From: Bigelowiella natans CCMP2755
Lineage: Eukaryota; Protista; Cercozoa
Direction: 5' to 3'
NCBI GenBank assembly: GCA_000320545.1
Contig: ADNK01000869.1
Coordinates: forward strand, 1 to 53,101
DNA: 53,101 bases
Notes under the pieces: generated by a model
Database searches by the model: none
Seen by the model: the letters and a program-made list of their open reading frames with translations, nothing else
What the model was told of the DNA's origin: nothing
Translations under genes and position numbers: made by a program
Shown here: positions 27,733 through 41,593 of the stretch, one piece after another
How positions within the stretch are numbered: position 1 is the first letter of the stretch
Layout: each line of letters opens with the position of its first letter

Positions 27733-29740
27733 AATGGTTGTTTGAGGAATTAAGCGATCCGAATTAATCATCTACAATAAGGATACTAATAGTGGTTGTA
27801 CATTGCCGTGATGCTCTGCTACATGTCTCTTGCCCCTTGTCGCTACATATCTTCTGCTCATCATCCATATTCTTACTATCAGCGAAATCAAATGTTAACC
27901 GGCGTCAAAAACAGTTACCGATGGGTTCTATCGAAGAAGTAAGTGCATGCAACAGCATTCGTAGTCGTAGAAAGCCCATGCACAAGCAACTGTCTACATC
28001 AAAGATGGGAACACCTACAGAAATTTTCCTGATATCTTAGAGCAGCATATAAGATTACACGTTATCGATTCTGTCGCTGTTTGATCGTTGTTAAGTTTTC
28101 GTTTGTTTGCAAATATATCAATGAGCATCATCATTATCATCATCATCATTATCATTAAAATTATTCTCGTTGTCATTATTCTCCAGGGAGTAGATCTGTC
28201 GATACGTATCGCCCTAGGTCTGTCATAGAGGAGGAACTAATTATGAAGAAGAAAAAGAAGAAGAAGAAGAAGAAGAAGAAGAAGAATAAGAAGAATACTG
28301 TGTTCCAAGAAAGGCCCGCATGCTACTGTTGTTAGAAGGAATAGTACCCAAATTATTGATTGCAAAGTTGATGACAAGATTTGTCCAGTGACAAGGCAAA
28401 TCCTGTCGTATATTTCAGCAGCACGTCGAAAGTGTTAGGAAATACGTGCTCTCCATCCTTGTATCACTTGACTGACAGAGCAGTAGTAGCAGCAGCAGTA
28501 TCATGATCAGCAGCAGCAGGATATGTGACCATCCCTCCCTGTTTCTTTCGACAGCCTTAGGATACAAAGACATCTTTCACGTCCTTTGGGACAAACACAG
28601 AAGCTTGAAGATTCTGCCAATGCTTACGGTTTACACGTACAAATTCAATCAATAGTTTATTGATGTTCAGCCCATCACTTGCATCATCTATCATTTCACT
28701 TCCTATATAAATAGTTGTTACGTTCTAATTTTAGACTAATAACAACTGCATTCATTCCGCGCATCCTCCTTGTCACTTTATCATCATTATTAGTAGAAGC
28801 AGCAGGAGCAGCATTATTATCGTTATTATCATCGTTATCATAATAGCTCTTTTCGAAACGTTTGTTGCTTCCCCGCTCCCAGAAAGGGACAGAGAGACAG
28901 GGTAGAGCAATGGATGAGGATGGCGACGATGACAATAACAGCAATGTTAACGATAACGACGACGAAGACGAAAAGTCACGATCAGGTTCTACCCATTTTT
29001 CCCACAAAGAGAAAGATGATGATGATGATGATGATGATGGTGATGATGGTGATGACTGCTATTGTTATTGTTACTAATCATGACGGATAGTGACGACATA
29101 TGATGCTTTGATAAGACGATAAATCTCACATTGCACGCAATTCCCTAACAAATATAATGATGAAGACGAAGACAACGAAAGGAATTATGGTGGTGATCAC
29201 GATAGCTATGACAGGCAAACAAGGTAACAGTACCAGCAGCAGCAGTAGCAGCCATTATAATTGATTACTTGTATAATCGCAAGCAGCTGTCATTAAACAA
29301 GAATCTTCTTAGATACAGCTTGTTGCTATGCAGTAGAGGAATTACATATGCTAGGCAGCGACAAGAAAGAAGAAGAAGATGTCAGTTGTTATTGCCGTAC
29401 TTTTGTTATATATTCTCTCATGGTTCCCAATGTTATCATTCTTCTTCTTCTTCTTCTTCTTCTTCTTCTTCTATATAAAGGCAACAGCTTAGGGCAGACG
29501 ACATACGATTGTTCCGTGAGAACGTAAATGGGGTTGCTTATGCTCATCAGCACCAATTTCGCGGTATAGTTTCATCAACGACGAGTAGGTGAGTGTCTTC
29601 TTCCCGCTACTTATTCAGTCTCTAGTCTCCTCGAGAAACAACAGAAAGATAGAATACATACAGGCAGATAACCGTCTTCATCCACGTCAAAGGCAAATTC
29701 AGAACGAATAATCAATGGCCGGCGTGTGTGTCCCCTTTTG

Positions 29741-29790
<50 letters not shown>

Positions 29791-29897
29791 CATACATATA
29801 TAAATATATGCACTATCGATCATCATCATCGTCATCATCATCATCATAATGATCATCATCGCCATTCTCGAGAGCGGGCAAGAAGCAATGACAAAGA

Positions 29898-29935
<38 letters not shown>

Positions 29936-30291
29936 AATAGGGGGATGTTCCAGTTGAATACTGATCTATTTGCGGCAGCACCGACGAGACCAACGCCGAA
30001 TAGAAGCAATATTAGTAGTAGTAGTAGTAGTAGTAGCAGCAGCAGCAGTAGCAACTCCTCATGGGGCCTACGCGGGGTAAGTAGTAGGAAGTTCTTTAGA
30101 AAATATGTATATGTACTAATCAACAACCATCGTTATCATTGCCATATTGTTTTTTGAAGTATGCAAGATATGAATGAATGTGTGCGTGTGTGTGTGTGGT
30201 GTGTGTGTGTTTGATGCCAGTGCGCAACGAGGAGAATCCTAGTCGATAATATCACAGATTATTCACTTGAAAAAAATTATGATATTGAACA

Positions 30292-30342
<51 letters not shown>

Positions 30343-32399
30343 TATATATTATGATACATCTGTTGACGAACAAACCACTTCTATCGTTATTTGTAGATTA
30401 TTGAAGATGCCAAACGAGGAATACGGGTTATGATGAGAATGGCGTTATTAAATAAGATAAGAAGAAGAAAAAGAAGAAAGAAAAAAATAGGAAAACAACC
30501 TTCTTTAGAAGAATGGAAGGATGTCCTTTGGACTCATCCGTTCGTGGATACGTGCGTGCGTGCGCGTGTGAGGGAGAGGGGGAGGAAAGTTATATTTGGT
30601 TGTGAGACTGATATTCTCTACTACTGTATTGTGCAGATGCCATTAGTGTATTTTGCAGCGGAGATAGCTGTGAAACGACCACGTAATAATTATATATATA
30701 TACATATATATATATTTATTTATTTATTTATTTATCTATGTATATCGTAAGACTAATGATAATAGATTTTAAGTATTAGATATCATAAAATCAAAACGTT
30801 GTACATATATACAAAGCAACAACATATTTGTTACGATCTGTGATACTATTAGTTTCCCCAATCATTTTTTAGTGAGAATATGTGAATACCGACGACTTCT
30901 ATCGTGTGTATTGCAAACTACAATAAAGGACCTAACTTCGAAGATATTACTGAAATGCTTAGATTGTTGCTGTGGAAAGATGAAGGTGATGAGGATGATG
31001 GTGATGATCATGATGGTGTCCACCTCTTTTTTGTTTTTCCTTCTGATTTCGGCAAAGCATTCCGTTAAGTCTCAGAGAATAGTATATGGCATAACGTAGC
31101 ACATGAGCCGCTGTCAGAGTAGACCAATCGATCATTGCATAAGAAATTAATAAAGTTACGTCAACACAGGACTTTTAAGAACTTTGCAGCATTCCTCTGG
31201 GGATGACGCAAAGTTGCCTATCTCAATGTGATAACAACGAACTTCCACCACGTCTACTTGTGTCCTGCGTGTGCGAAAATATTTAATATATCTTGTATTA
31301 CGTCCATGTTTTTGTTGAGTCATTTTATGTATTGTGTGTCTGAATCCCAGTGTTTCTCTATTTGTTATAATGTCCAACAATAGTTATGTTCCTTTGCCCG
31401 CCTCCAAGATCAGCAATATATATTGCTTAATCCTTGTAGCAACTGCTGCTGAAATGGACTAATTAAGCTTCCTTCCCTCCCTCGTTGGTTGTCCTCTTTT
31501 AGTGGTGCACAGTGTGAGCTAGTTAGGGCTCTCGACTTCCTGCATCAAAGAGAGGTAGAAGTATATGTGTATAGAATAGATAGTGACAGGAGAAGATAAC
31601 ATGATGATTCACCAGAATATCATAGATGGCACAGTTTGAGAATGATTATTCATTTAGAGGAACATCCAGCCTGATATCATGCATTTGTTTATTCATATTT
31701 GTTCATATATCCCTTCTAGTTTCAAGCGAAGAATGTCACTTGGATAGTCGGTACTACATCGGCATTCACATGTTTCGTTAATTTTTACTGCTATTTCGTT
31801 GATCTCCCTTCTCGAAGTGCATACCAATTGGACCTATCATCCCCTTTTTTAATAACCCTTCTACCTCACTTTATTGTCTACTTATCCCCAGAGACAAGTA
31901 GTAGTAGTAACGAGCATGTTATTAGCGTAATATTATGATTCACAAGTAGTGTCCATGGTATGGCAAATAATAATGGGGGTCTGCTCTGCTTGTGTATTGT
32001 GGCGTACTACTACCTAGTTCATTTGGAATTTTATTTTGTTCTCAGCGGAGTGTATTAATTTTCCGAATGTGGTCTCTGCTCTGACAGCTGAGTACGTGCT
32101 TGGAAGGTACTACAAGTAGTGATTCAGAATGTGAAGCATCAGCGTCGATGGTGACATATTTGCAACAGTAAATCGCTGCACGGCAATAATCACTACAAAG
32201 TTCATTCTCAACTGCAAGCATTACCATTTCTGAGAACATATCGGCAAACAAACTTACGATACAATCACTTTTCTTTCCGTACTATTTACACATGTTCATA
32301 ATATAAAAGCAACGGGAATAGCTTGGCAAGATTGAACCAAGCGAAGATCAAGTTAGCGGATCAAGTTTCAACGGTGACAGTGCCAACTCCAGCAGATAA
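25310..32399 (+). CDS. Large multi-exon protein with N-terminal ubiquitin-like domain and ankyrin-like helical segments
   Basis: MSSKSSTLIFEVKFQAQKVRVEFDAER|TLGELTDHIKKHFDLKQCKL|VGIR...RVRVVGTS fits a UBL pattern. Downstream open exons include LKSAIASGNEKLL, ALKRAAEIACR|MGMDGMLLVIW, GWSGFKLPKLLGYWVQ..., ALGYKDIFHVLW, LRADDIRLFRENVNG and terminal LGKIEPSEDQVSGSSFNGDSANSSR*. Continuity as a single gene beyond about 27 kb is less certain. Confidence 0.55.
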
Positions 32400-32439
32400 C
32401 AGCTACTGCCACGCTTGAGATGGTTCATATTAATACACG

Positions 32440-33070
32440 TGCATCTGTTGTAAAGATATCGGTACACCTACGATACCTATTTACATGCACTCATCTTTGT
32501 GAACAATACGTTAGATAGTGCTTCTGCTGCGCACTGTATGCGTGGCGTACTAGCGTGCGTTGTTTATTAACGTTCTAAATGAACAACGCGCGTTGACAAT
32601 TAGTCACAGCACATGTGTGCATAGGGACTGCATTGCACATCTACGACACATGAGGATGACCATTGAACAAATTGAATTTGATTGATTACGATTGCATCCG
32701 TCGTGCATGTAGGCACGTCACGGTACGTGTGTCTAGAGCAGGGTCTACATGTGCATGCTGTGAATGTCATGCCCGTCTAGCCGTGTGCCCAAGCGTAGTG
32801 GTAGCTAGCTGCTAACAGTTAGTCTGAAAGTGCAGCCTGGTAGTGATTTTCGTAGTGGCACCATGCGATGTCTAAGAGAACTGTGCATGCAAGGCTGCGA
32901 CGAGCATGCATGTAGACAGCACCACGATGATAGTTATCACGATTGGCCCTTTTGCACATTCTAGATTTTGGCGCTGCGTCGAAAATGGACGTACGCATGC
33001 TTGCTGGTGTGCGAGCATGGCGCAATTTGTGGAACAAAGTCATGTTCACACTCTAGCATGTACTGTTTGG
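32440..33070. repeat. Junction tract 4 (UBL gene/DNAAF1), contains shared repeat core
   Basis: atgaccattgaacaaattgaatttgatt at 32656-32683 is 27/28 identical to the reverse complement of 46018-46045. Confidence 0.65.
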
Positions 33071-33369
33071 TGACGACAGTTGGACAGACAAATTGTTGAA
33101 GTCGTAAATTGGCATCACACTGCCAACCACTTAGGCAATTGTTTTAGATTCCGAATGGCAATCTTGAGCAATCAAAGCTCACATTTTGTAAGACTTTCAT
33201 TTGCTTGCATCCCACTCTACAACTCTACCTTAATTCTATGTACTACATTTTCCTACATCGTCCGTATTGCATACCCACACCGCACAACTTCAGATTAGGC
33301 CGAACAAACTTCGAAGCATACAACAGTGGCGCTAAGATTAATCAAAGCCACATGCTCTTTTTTTTGGGA

Positions 33370-35173
33370 TTATTCCACATCCTCGAGATCGAATATTTCA
33401 CCTTCCTCCTAAAAAGAGAAAACAGTTAAGACTTGCAACTTTTTGGTCCTGCAAATGGCTAAAGGCAATGGCAGGTATATGCAGCGATTGATATATTTCA
33501 AAACTACCTTTTTAGATTCCTTCAACTCCGAAATGTGTTTCTCCTCTTCCGATGTGCTCTTACTACTTGTTGGTACTGGCGATGGAAGTGAAGAAGAGAT
33601 AGCTACTTGTTCTAAAGTAGGGATATCAGCTAAGTCTTCTCCTTCAAGATCATCATCTGAATCGTCGTTATCATGTTGCTGGTTGATGATGCTGTGCACT
33701 TTATCGGTTCCGATTGTGGCATTGGTGCTTGCGGCCTTTTCGTCGAGGTCTTCCTCCTGCGAAACGATACGGATTCAAATGGTGGTTGTGATAGTAGTAG
33801 TAGGATTAAGGAGTAGTAGGATTAAGGAGTAGTAGCAGTAGTAAAAAGAGTGTTAATGGGAAATCATGATTCAGAGGGATTAAAAGAATACGAAGGTATT
33901 GAACAGCGAGAGCATTACTTTCATTTTTCCATCCTCATCGAGACCGTTGCGCTTGCAAAACTTCTCCATGAATTCCTACAAGTAGGTTATTAAAGAAAAG
34001 AGGAGGAGGATTTAACGCCTATGGAATTTTATATCACACACATTTTATGTGAGTGAGTAAATAAGGAACAAATGCAAGAGAGATACCTTATTTCGCCTTT
34101 TTGCTTTCTCCTGCTCCTCGTCCTTAAGTCGCTTGCGCTCAGCCCTCTCTGCCTCTTTCCCACCCTACAAATCCATCGAGGAGAAAGAGGAGGAGTAAGG
34201 ATAGAGAGGGGGGAGCGAAAGAAGAGACGCTGTGAGGATCAGATCTGACACAGAGATATTCTTGTTTCTCCTCCTTATCTTTTTGCTCCTAACACTTACA
34301 ACCTCCCCCCCTTTTTCCAACTTTTGACCTTGGCCCAAGCCTCGGCTATTTTCCTATCGTCTGGGAAGACTGGGCGATCATCTAGGTAAGTAAGTGTCTT
34401 GAATCGTGAAATTACGTGCTTCCGGTAATTCCTCATCTATTGTGTCAAAAAAAGGACAAGAGTGAGCGCATCAATGGATCGAACGGAGAAAGATGACGAG
34501 CGTGCACATGAATGTCGCCAACGCAACCTTTCTAACAAATGGGTTTCCCTTGAGATATAGAACTTTAAGCTTCGGCATTTTCTCGAGGACGTCCAGTGCG
34601 TCTTCATGGCTAAGCTTGTTCTCAGATAAATCCAGCACGGCGAGGTTTGGGCACTCTAAGAGTCCCTGCAATGCCTTTGTCTCCTGAACAAATAATACGA
34701 ATGTCATCAAAATTACACACATTTGTGTGTGTGTTTGTGTGAGGGGGGGGGGGGGGGGAAGGGAGAGAGTCCGTATATGCAACAGACAAAGCCGATTTGT
34801 GTGACAATCCATGAGCTTTGTGAATTGAGAATACCATCGTTATTAATCTTCATCATGGAAAAAATCATTATTACCTTGATATCGTTGTGATGAATGATAA
34901 GAGTATTAAGTTTTTCCATGCCTTCAAGCCCTTCGATCACTTGTATCTTTATGAATTACATATACAGTGACGGTGAAGATTTGTTACTAACTGGAGGATT
35001 GAATTTGGCAGCTTACATAGTTGTGGGAAACATTCAGAGTGTAGAGATTTTTCAGTTTTGAGAGATTGGAGAGCTTCCGAATAAGATTTTCCTGTGGAAT
35101 ATGAGTACAAAGCACGCCCACAACCATGCAGATACACATCGGAGATTAGAGGAGGAGGGATAGCGACACACAC

Positions 35174-35223
<50 letters not shown>

Positions 35224-35788
35224 ACGCAGAGACAGAGTGAGAGAGAGAGATTTCGAAACACGAAGTAACAAAAATCGGGAAATAATCCTTCTAGACTTGA
35301 AAAAATCCTTTTCTCAAGAAGTAGAATTCTTACAACCTGCAAATATAAGCTTGATAACTCGGTGAGATGGTCCAAGTTTTCTATTTCCCTGTGGTAGCAA
35401 GAGAAGAAGGAGAAGGGGTTACTTTACAAAATAGATATTGGTTGAATTGTAATGTTGAAGATTTTTTTAGGATTCTTACTCGAAGGCATTCTTCTCCATG
35501 TATAAGCACTTGAGACCAGTGTATGGTTCCAAGCTGAAGAAAAGAAATGTGGCGAGGAGTCGATCATTCACCAGGAAGAAAGGTCATGATATTTCAACAA
35601 ATTCCTACTTTTCAATTTTGTCGAATCCCATGAAATGCGCATACATTTTCTCGTTTAGCTCCAGGCAGCTGGTATAGCCATCGTGCTGAAAGAGAAAGCG
35701 TCTTTATTGTGAATGAGTTCAAGCTTACTACCCACACGAATCCTACCTTCTTGATAATGGCCTTCAAGGCCTCAGGAGTCATTTCCAT
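33370..35788 (-). CDS. DNAAF1: Dynein axonemal assembly factor 1 (LRRC50/ODA7-like LRR protein)
   Basis: [13 protein letters not shown]|[27 protein letters not shown]|[18 protein letters not shown]22-type LRRs, LRRcap [12 protein letters not shown]|[36 protein letters not shown]|[10 protein letters not shown], acidic end [12 protein letters not shown]. Confidence 0.92.
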
Positions 35789-36450
35789 TGTTTCAGACCA
35801 ACGTAGATTAGCTTAGGCGTTCTTTGCTTCCGCTTCGTTGTTGTACAGTGGTTTGCGCCTTAATCGTGTTGTGGCCCCCCCGATGGGATGTGAGGCACGT
35901 GAGAGAGAGAAAGGGCTCAACAAACCGTTTTTTTCCTTACACACTCATATCGCGGAATATAAGGTAATTTATGACTACGACAACACAACAACTCGACTAA
36001 ATGAACAATATTCACTTCCTGAATTTTGCTGATCATTTGTTTTCACGTTTAGCCTTGTCTCAAGACAGGATGCGTTGTCGTACATCAGAACTACCCTTAT
36101 TACGTGCAGAACGTCCAATAGTTCACTCGCGACAAAGAGGTTGGACAAATATTTCAACTGTTGTAGGCGTATTGCTACTTATAGCAGTTAGATATGTTAT
36201 GATTAGGTGAAAATCTCTAGGCAAAATTTAGGTGAGTAGTCCATTTACGACAAGCAACAATGATTGACTCAAGGTATAAATAAGCGAGGATTTTTAGTAT
36301 AAATCTTCGTAATAATATTGCACTTACAAGTACAGTTAGCGGATCTGCAGGTACAGTATCCCCCATTGTTGCTATTGGCGCCTTTGCTTCGCTACTCGAT
36401 TAGAAAAGTCAACAAGAACAAGAACAAGAAAAACATCGAACGCATTAACT

Positions 36451-37028
36451 ATGGGAGCTATGGATGTAATCATCGCCTCGGGCTCTACTATGATGGTAAA
36501 CGCTATCTCCTCCCCCTTTATTTAAATCCAAAGCGATATGCCACCCTGTGTGTAATATGATTCCATGAAATAATGTGGTGTTTAATGATAGGCGGGAGGA
36601 ATAGAACCTTTGGCTCTCGGAAAGTTCACCGAGAATCTTAAAATGGAAAAACAAAGAACAGGAGCACCTTACCCAAAAATCATACGGATGTTTGCCTCCC
36701 GAGGGGTGTGTACCACTACTATTAAGACTATTCACTATCCCCCCTCCTCATAACATCCTTTCTGTTATTCTGAACATATTGGCTGGTGGATGATAATCAA
36801 GGTTCCAGGAATTATGGCCGGCGCGGTTCCATGGGGAGTCCTTCTAGGAAGTTCAAAAGGTCACTCCTCATCAGCAGTTGTTGAACAATGGAATTGTCCG
36901 TGATATCTCTCTACAAAATGAAGGTCTCTTTTTTGGACTTGGGAAAGCTTGTGGGGAAAGTGTCTTGCCACCATCGATTCAAGGTAATGCAATGGCACAA
37001 AGATGCAGCACATAGGGGTATGATGATT

Positions 37029-37063
<35 letters not shown>

Positions 37064-38416
37064 AGCGTGTGCAAAATAGCTTCGCTCACTCATGATGGTA
37101 CACATCTATCACATAACTACTCGTTCCTTGATACTCAGGCAAATCCCGTGCAGTCTCTCTTGGTGCATTTGCTGGAGCTTTCCAAGGGGTAAGAAGATTG
37201 AGGGGACAAAAGTGATGCTACCTTCTCGTCGATATTCTTCTTCTTTTTCTTTAGTTTCCTCTTCTCATTTTCGAACACCACAGATCCAGCCAATCATATT
37301 GCTGTAATTTGTAAAGGTGGGAATTGCTCCTTTCTTGCTTGCTTCGACCAGGGTGAACCAGGTGATAGTAGATCTTATTCATTTATGAGCGATGACGGCA
37401 ATACACCTCATACATGCTTGCTCAACAAATGCAGAATACCTATCACTAAGATATGAGAATACCACTATCACAGGCCATCGCCCAAGGCAACAAGCAAGCG
37501 ACGAGTTTGTCTTATTCCTTTACGATTCTTGGCAATGTCATCAGAACGGAGGTTCGGCTAAAATCATATCTAGTGAATATTTACAAGGAAATTGTACCAA
37601 TATGCTACATAATGATGACGACCGTGATGATGATCTGCTGCTATATCTCTCTTCTTAGGGCACGCAAGCGATTACTCGTGGTATGGGGACAAATGCCTTT
37701 AAGAGAGCTTTAGACTGGGTATCCTCCACATATTATCAGCAGCTTGATGAGTAGTATTAGTTGAAAGATTAGTCAAATGAGGGGATTGAAGCACCCTATG
37801 AAGGAAGGAGGAGTAAGATGAAGAAGAGGAGTAGATATATTCTAGGAATAACCCCAAGACTATGATGATGATGTGCGCAAGCAGCAATGTTGTTCTCCAT
37901 GATAGAAAAGCCTAATCATCATCCGCCAAAGTGAGCCATCGATTATTGGAAAGAAGCAGCAGCAAGTGATAAAGAAGACGATGCGAAGGAGAGAGTTATT
38001 ATTGTTGTTATTATTGATAGCAGTGTGTGATGGATGCTACTACTACTACTACTTCTACGGTGTAGGTTGTAAGGTTTTACATCAGAGAGACCCTGTGCGA
38101 TCCTATTAGGGAAAGAAGGTAGATACCACCACCACCACCAGCAGCAGCAGCAGCAGCCCTACGTGGTGTATCACCTTACTACTATATCTATACTAAGATG
38201 GTGAATGATGTGCAAGCCTGAGGAGGAGGAGGAGTAGTTGCATTCTATGAATGTCACAGATTCTAGAGTTGGATATATGGTTTATTTCTCCTATTATTGT
38301 CCTCCTCCTCCTCCTCCTCCTCCTCCAAACTTCCTTAGATCCAAAGGATTAAAGCCAGGAGAGAAAGTCAAGTTGACGGACATAGACAAACTATGGACGT
38401 CTCTTGCAGCCGGTAG

Positions 38417-38449
<33 letters not shown>

Positions 38450-38481
38450 TATCTTTACCTACTTTCCCTATGATTCCAATT

Positions 38482-38514
<33 letters not shown>

Positions 38515-39187
38515 GTGAGAACATATGTTTGACGTTAATTACTGCAGGTGGTATTAGCGTTTATGTTTCCACCCCATTGGACCGTCTGCTTCCCCTTCTC
38601 CAGCAAAGGGTGCTGCCTATACCAACTCAATGATGGACGACGAGAGCTCAACAACACCCTGAACATTAAATGCGTGCATCATCATCATGTGACTTAAAAA
38701 AATTATCATTATTGTCATTACTATTATTATTATATCCCTCACTCCTCACTCACTCATTGCATTAATTTTCCAGGATTCGACTAAAACGACAATGGAATTG
38801 TTCAAGGAACAGTTTAAGGTAGGTAGGGGGGGGGGGGGGGGAGATAGGAGAAATATGTTGAGCAGCATTTATGTCCGATTACTAAGGCATCATCATCACC
38901 ATCATCATCATCACGAATATGAGCCTCCTGACCGCAATCCACACCGGCAGCGTCATCACCACAACCATTACTCAGGGTGGACTTCCAAAGCTGTATGCCG
39001 GGGCTGTGGCACGATCCGCACATGCAGCACTTCATGTACCGATACACCATCACGCACAAAGCTATATGCTGCTGCTATTGTTGGTGGTGATGACCATTGG
39101 ATATCTGACTCAAATATTCTTCTTCATCATCAGGTCTGCTTCCTGATGTTCGTAGGCGACAAAATTAAGCAAATGTTCAACAAATAA
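36451..39187 (+). CDS. Divergent mitochondrial carrier family (SLC25-like) protein
   Basis: GTQAITRGMGTNAFKRALDW, KLWTSLAA|GGISVYVSTPLDRLLPLLQQ and GGLPKLYAGAVARSAHAALH|VCFLMFVGDKIKQMF* match carrier repeat 2/3 architecture. Repeat 1 is divergent. Confidence 0.75.
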
Positions 39188-39299
39188 TCGGGGAGAACGG
39201 CAAAATATCTTCGATTCATTACCTACGGCGACTGTGGACACGAGATCCATGCAGAATGTGGACTTTCATGATCTCATCTCAGCATTATTAGATATTCTT

Positions 39300-39420
39300 C
39301 TGCCACACATGTGTCAATTCTTCACGGTCCAATTATTAGCACAATACTAGACGATAATGCACCGCTGATACAGAACACGGAAACCCGTACACAGCTACTG
39401 TGTAGCCACGCAACACCACG

Positions 39421-39460
<40 letters not shown>

Positions 39461-39462
39461 TA

Positions 39463-39508
<46 letters not shown>

Positions 39509-39710
39509 TTATTTATATTTATATATAATGAGGTACATTTTCAATACAAAAATGTGTCACATGAACACTTCGCACAAATTTTAGAGGCATATATCACATG
39601 CATGTACAATACGTGGAAGTAGGCAACTTATCAAATTACTGCATTGTTCTCAATGATGCATTTGTGACTGAAAGGCTGGGAGCAAACATTCTAGCTATAA
39701 TAGCCATATG

Positions 39711-39748
<38 letters not shown>

Positions 39749-40150
39749 CGTGTGTGTGCGCGCGCGCAGTTGGTTATGAAACTATAGCCACAGTATATAT
39801 TGTTGAAAATCAATTTCTACACTTAATTATATGCAGATAAATAAAGACCGCGGCAGCAGTAATGCGTGTGCTTATGTTGTGCGTCCGCCGACTGGAGGCT
39901 CCCAGCTATGCAAGAGCATTATTGCAACATATTATGCATGCGTTGTTATTTGTTAAGCTGATTGCTGGTAGCGCCAAAGATTGCTCTGGATCGATGCATT
40001 TACACATGGTGAATGTTCATTTGGACTTTATCAGCGCTCCGTCAATAAAGCACGGCAAATTAAATTGAGTATGCATAGATATTTACAATAACATTTGAGA
40101 TGCTATATGGTAGCGAATGTACTACTGCCAATCCTGTCACTCTATCCCTC
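39300..40150. repeat. Junction tract 5 (carrier/WW gene), with (CA)n, (TA)n and (GT)n
   Basis: Rich in TGCA/CATG/AGCT; non-coding. Confidence 0.45.
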
Positions 40151-40176
40151 TTACATGTAACATATGTGAATTAGTA

Positions 40177-41553
40177 TCAATATTGACTATGAGTGAGAGG
40201 GATCGCATGGCCTCGCTGGTTCATCCTTGCTAAAGCTGCGCCGTTACTTATTTCTACTAGCAGATACGTTTTTTTTTCTAGTACTTCGTGATTTGTGCCC
40301 TTTTCTCGTCTGGGTAACCTGGAGGGAAGCAATCATAAATATCAGTCATTATCGTTGTCGTCATCCTCATCGTCGTGTGTTACAATCTCAAAACACCTCG
40401 TTGTTTTAGTGACATTATGTCCCAACAGCTCCTACCCACTTTCATCACCACCATCATCATCACCCCTCAAAATATCTCCACTACTCACTACTTGTTCCCC
40501 TCTAAGACCTTCTCAGTTGCTTTAGAAGATAGCGGTGATGTATTCCCTCCTCCTCCTCCTCCTCCTCCTCCTCCTCCTCCTCCTCCTTTTCCTGAGACAA
40601 ATGACTTATTGCTCTTCGCATCAAGCTTTAACGTCTTAACTGGATCAGGTGCGGCATATCCCCACTTCGTGTCATATCTGCAAGAAACAACCAACAAATT
40701 CAAGAGACAACGACAGACAACACACATACAAGAGGCAAAGACGATCTAACTAGCTATGCAACTTCAGAGAGAATATTTTTCATGCGTACATTACATATGT
40801 TATACCGTCATCATATTCATTAGGGAAGCAGAAGGATACATTTACTTGGTATGGTCTAATTATGAGAGAGAGAGAGAGAGAGGGAGAAAGAGAGGGAGGG
40901 AGGGAGACGTCCACCTTTCAACTAGCCCCCACTTGTCAACGATCAGCCGTATGCTCTAATATATAGCCAGGTGTTGTTCCGATAATACATTAATTATTAA
41001 CATATATTCCAACTTTTTATCTAACACGGACACACACACACACACACAAACACATGCATTAGTATACCTACCCTGCTTGGCGAGGAGGGCTAATGTGAGC
41101 TCATCATAATATGTAAGTGTATTAGTGAAGTCTATTGACATGGGGGACTTAAACCTTGTTCTTCTTCACACGCACGTGAGCATTCCGCACAATGAGCGCT
41201 GCTCCAGATACGACAATATCTCGCAGCTCTGCCGTAGCATACACACAATAAAGTAGCAGATAATGAAGTAACGAGTGAGCTACTTGCGTGATCTTCTGAT
41301 AGTACAGGGAGAAAGCAGAGGTGTTTGTCGTTGTTATCATATTTTTCCTCCGTTCTTTTCTTCCTTCTACATTCTAAAACGGCTGAACTCCTTCGCAACC
41401 TGTCACTACTTTTACTACTACTACCACGAGTACTAGCAATACTACTACCTACCTTCCGTTGGTAATGGTATGAGTATGGATCTTCGCCAGCATATCCAGC
41501 GGGCCAAAAGCAGCAACAAGGCAGAACACCAACCAGCAGTTAGAACACTAGGA

Positions 41554-41593
<40 letters not shown>

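Noticed and set aside
27170-32250. Minus-strand gene suggested by several short ORFs
   Set aside because: Splice signals and phase-consistent open exons are on the plus strand.
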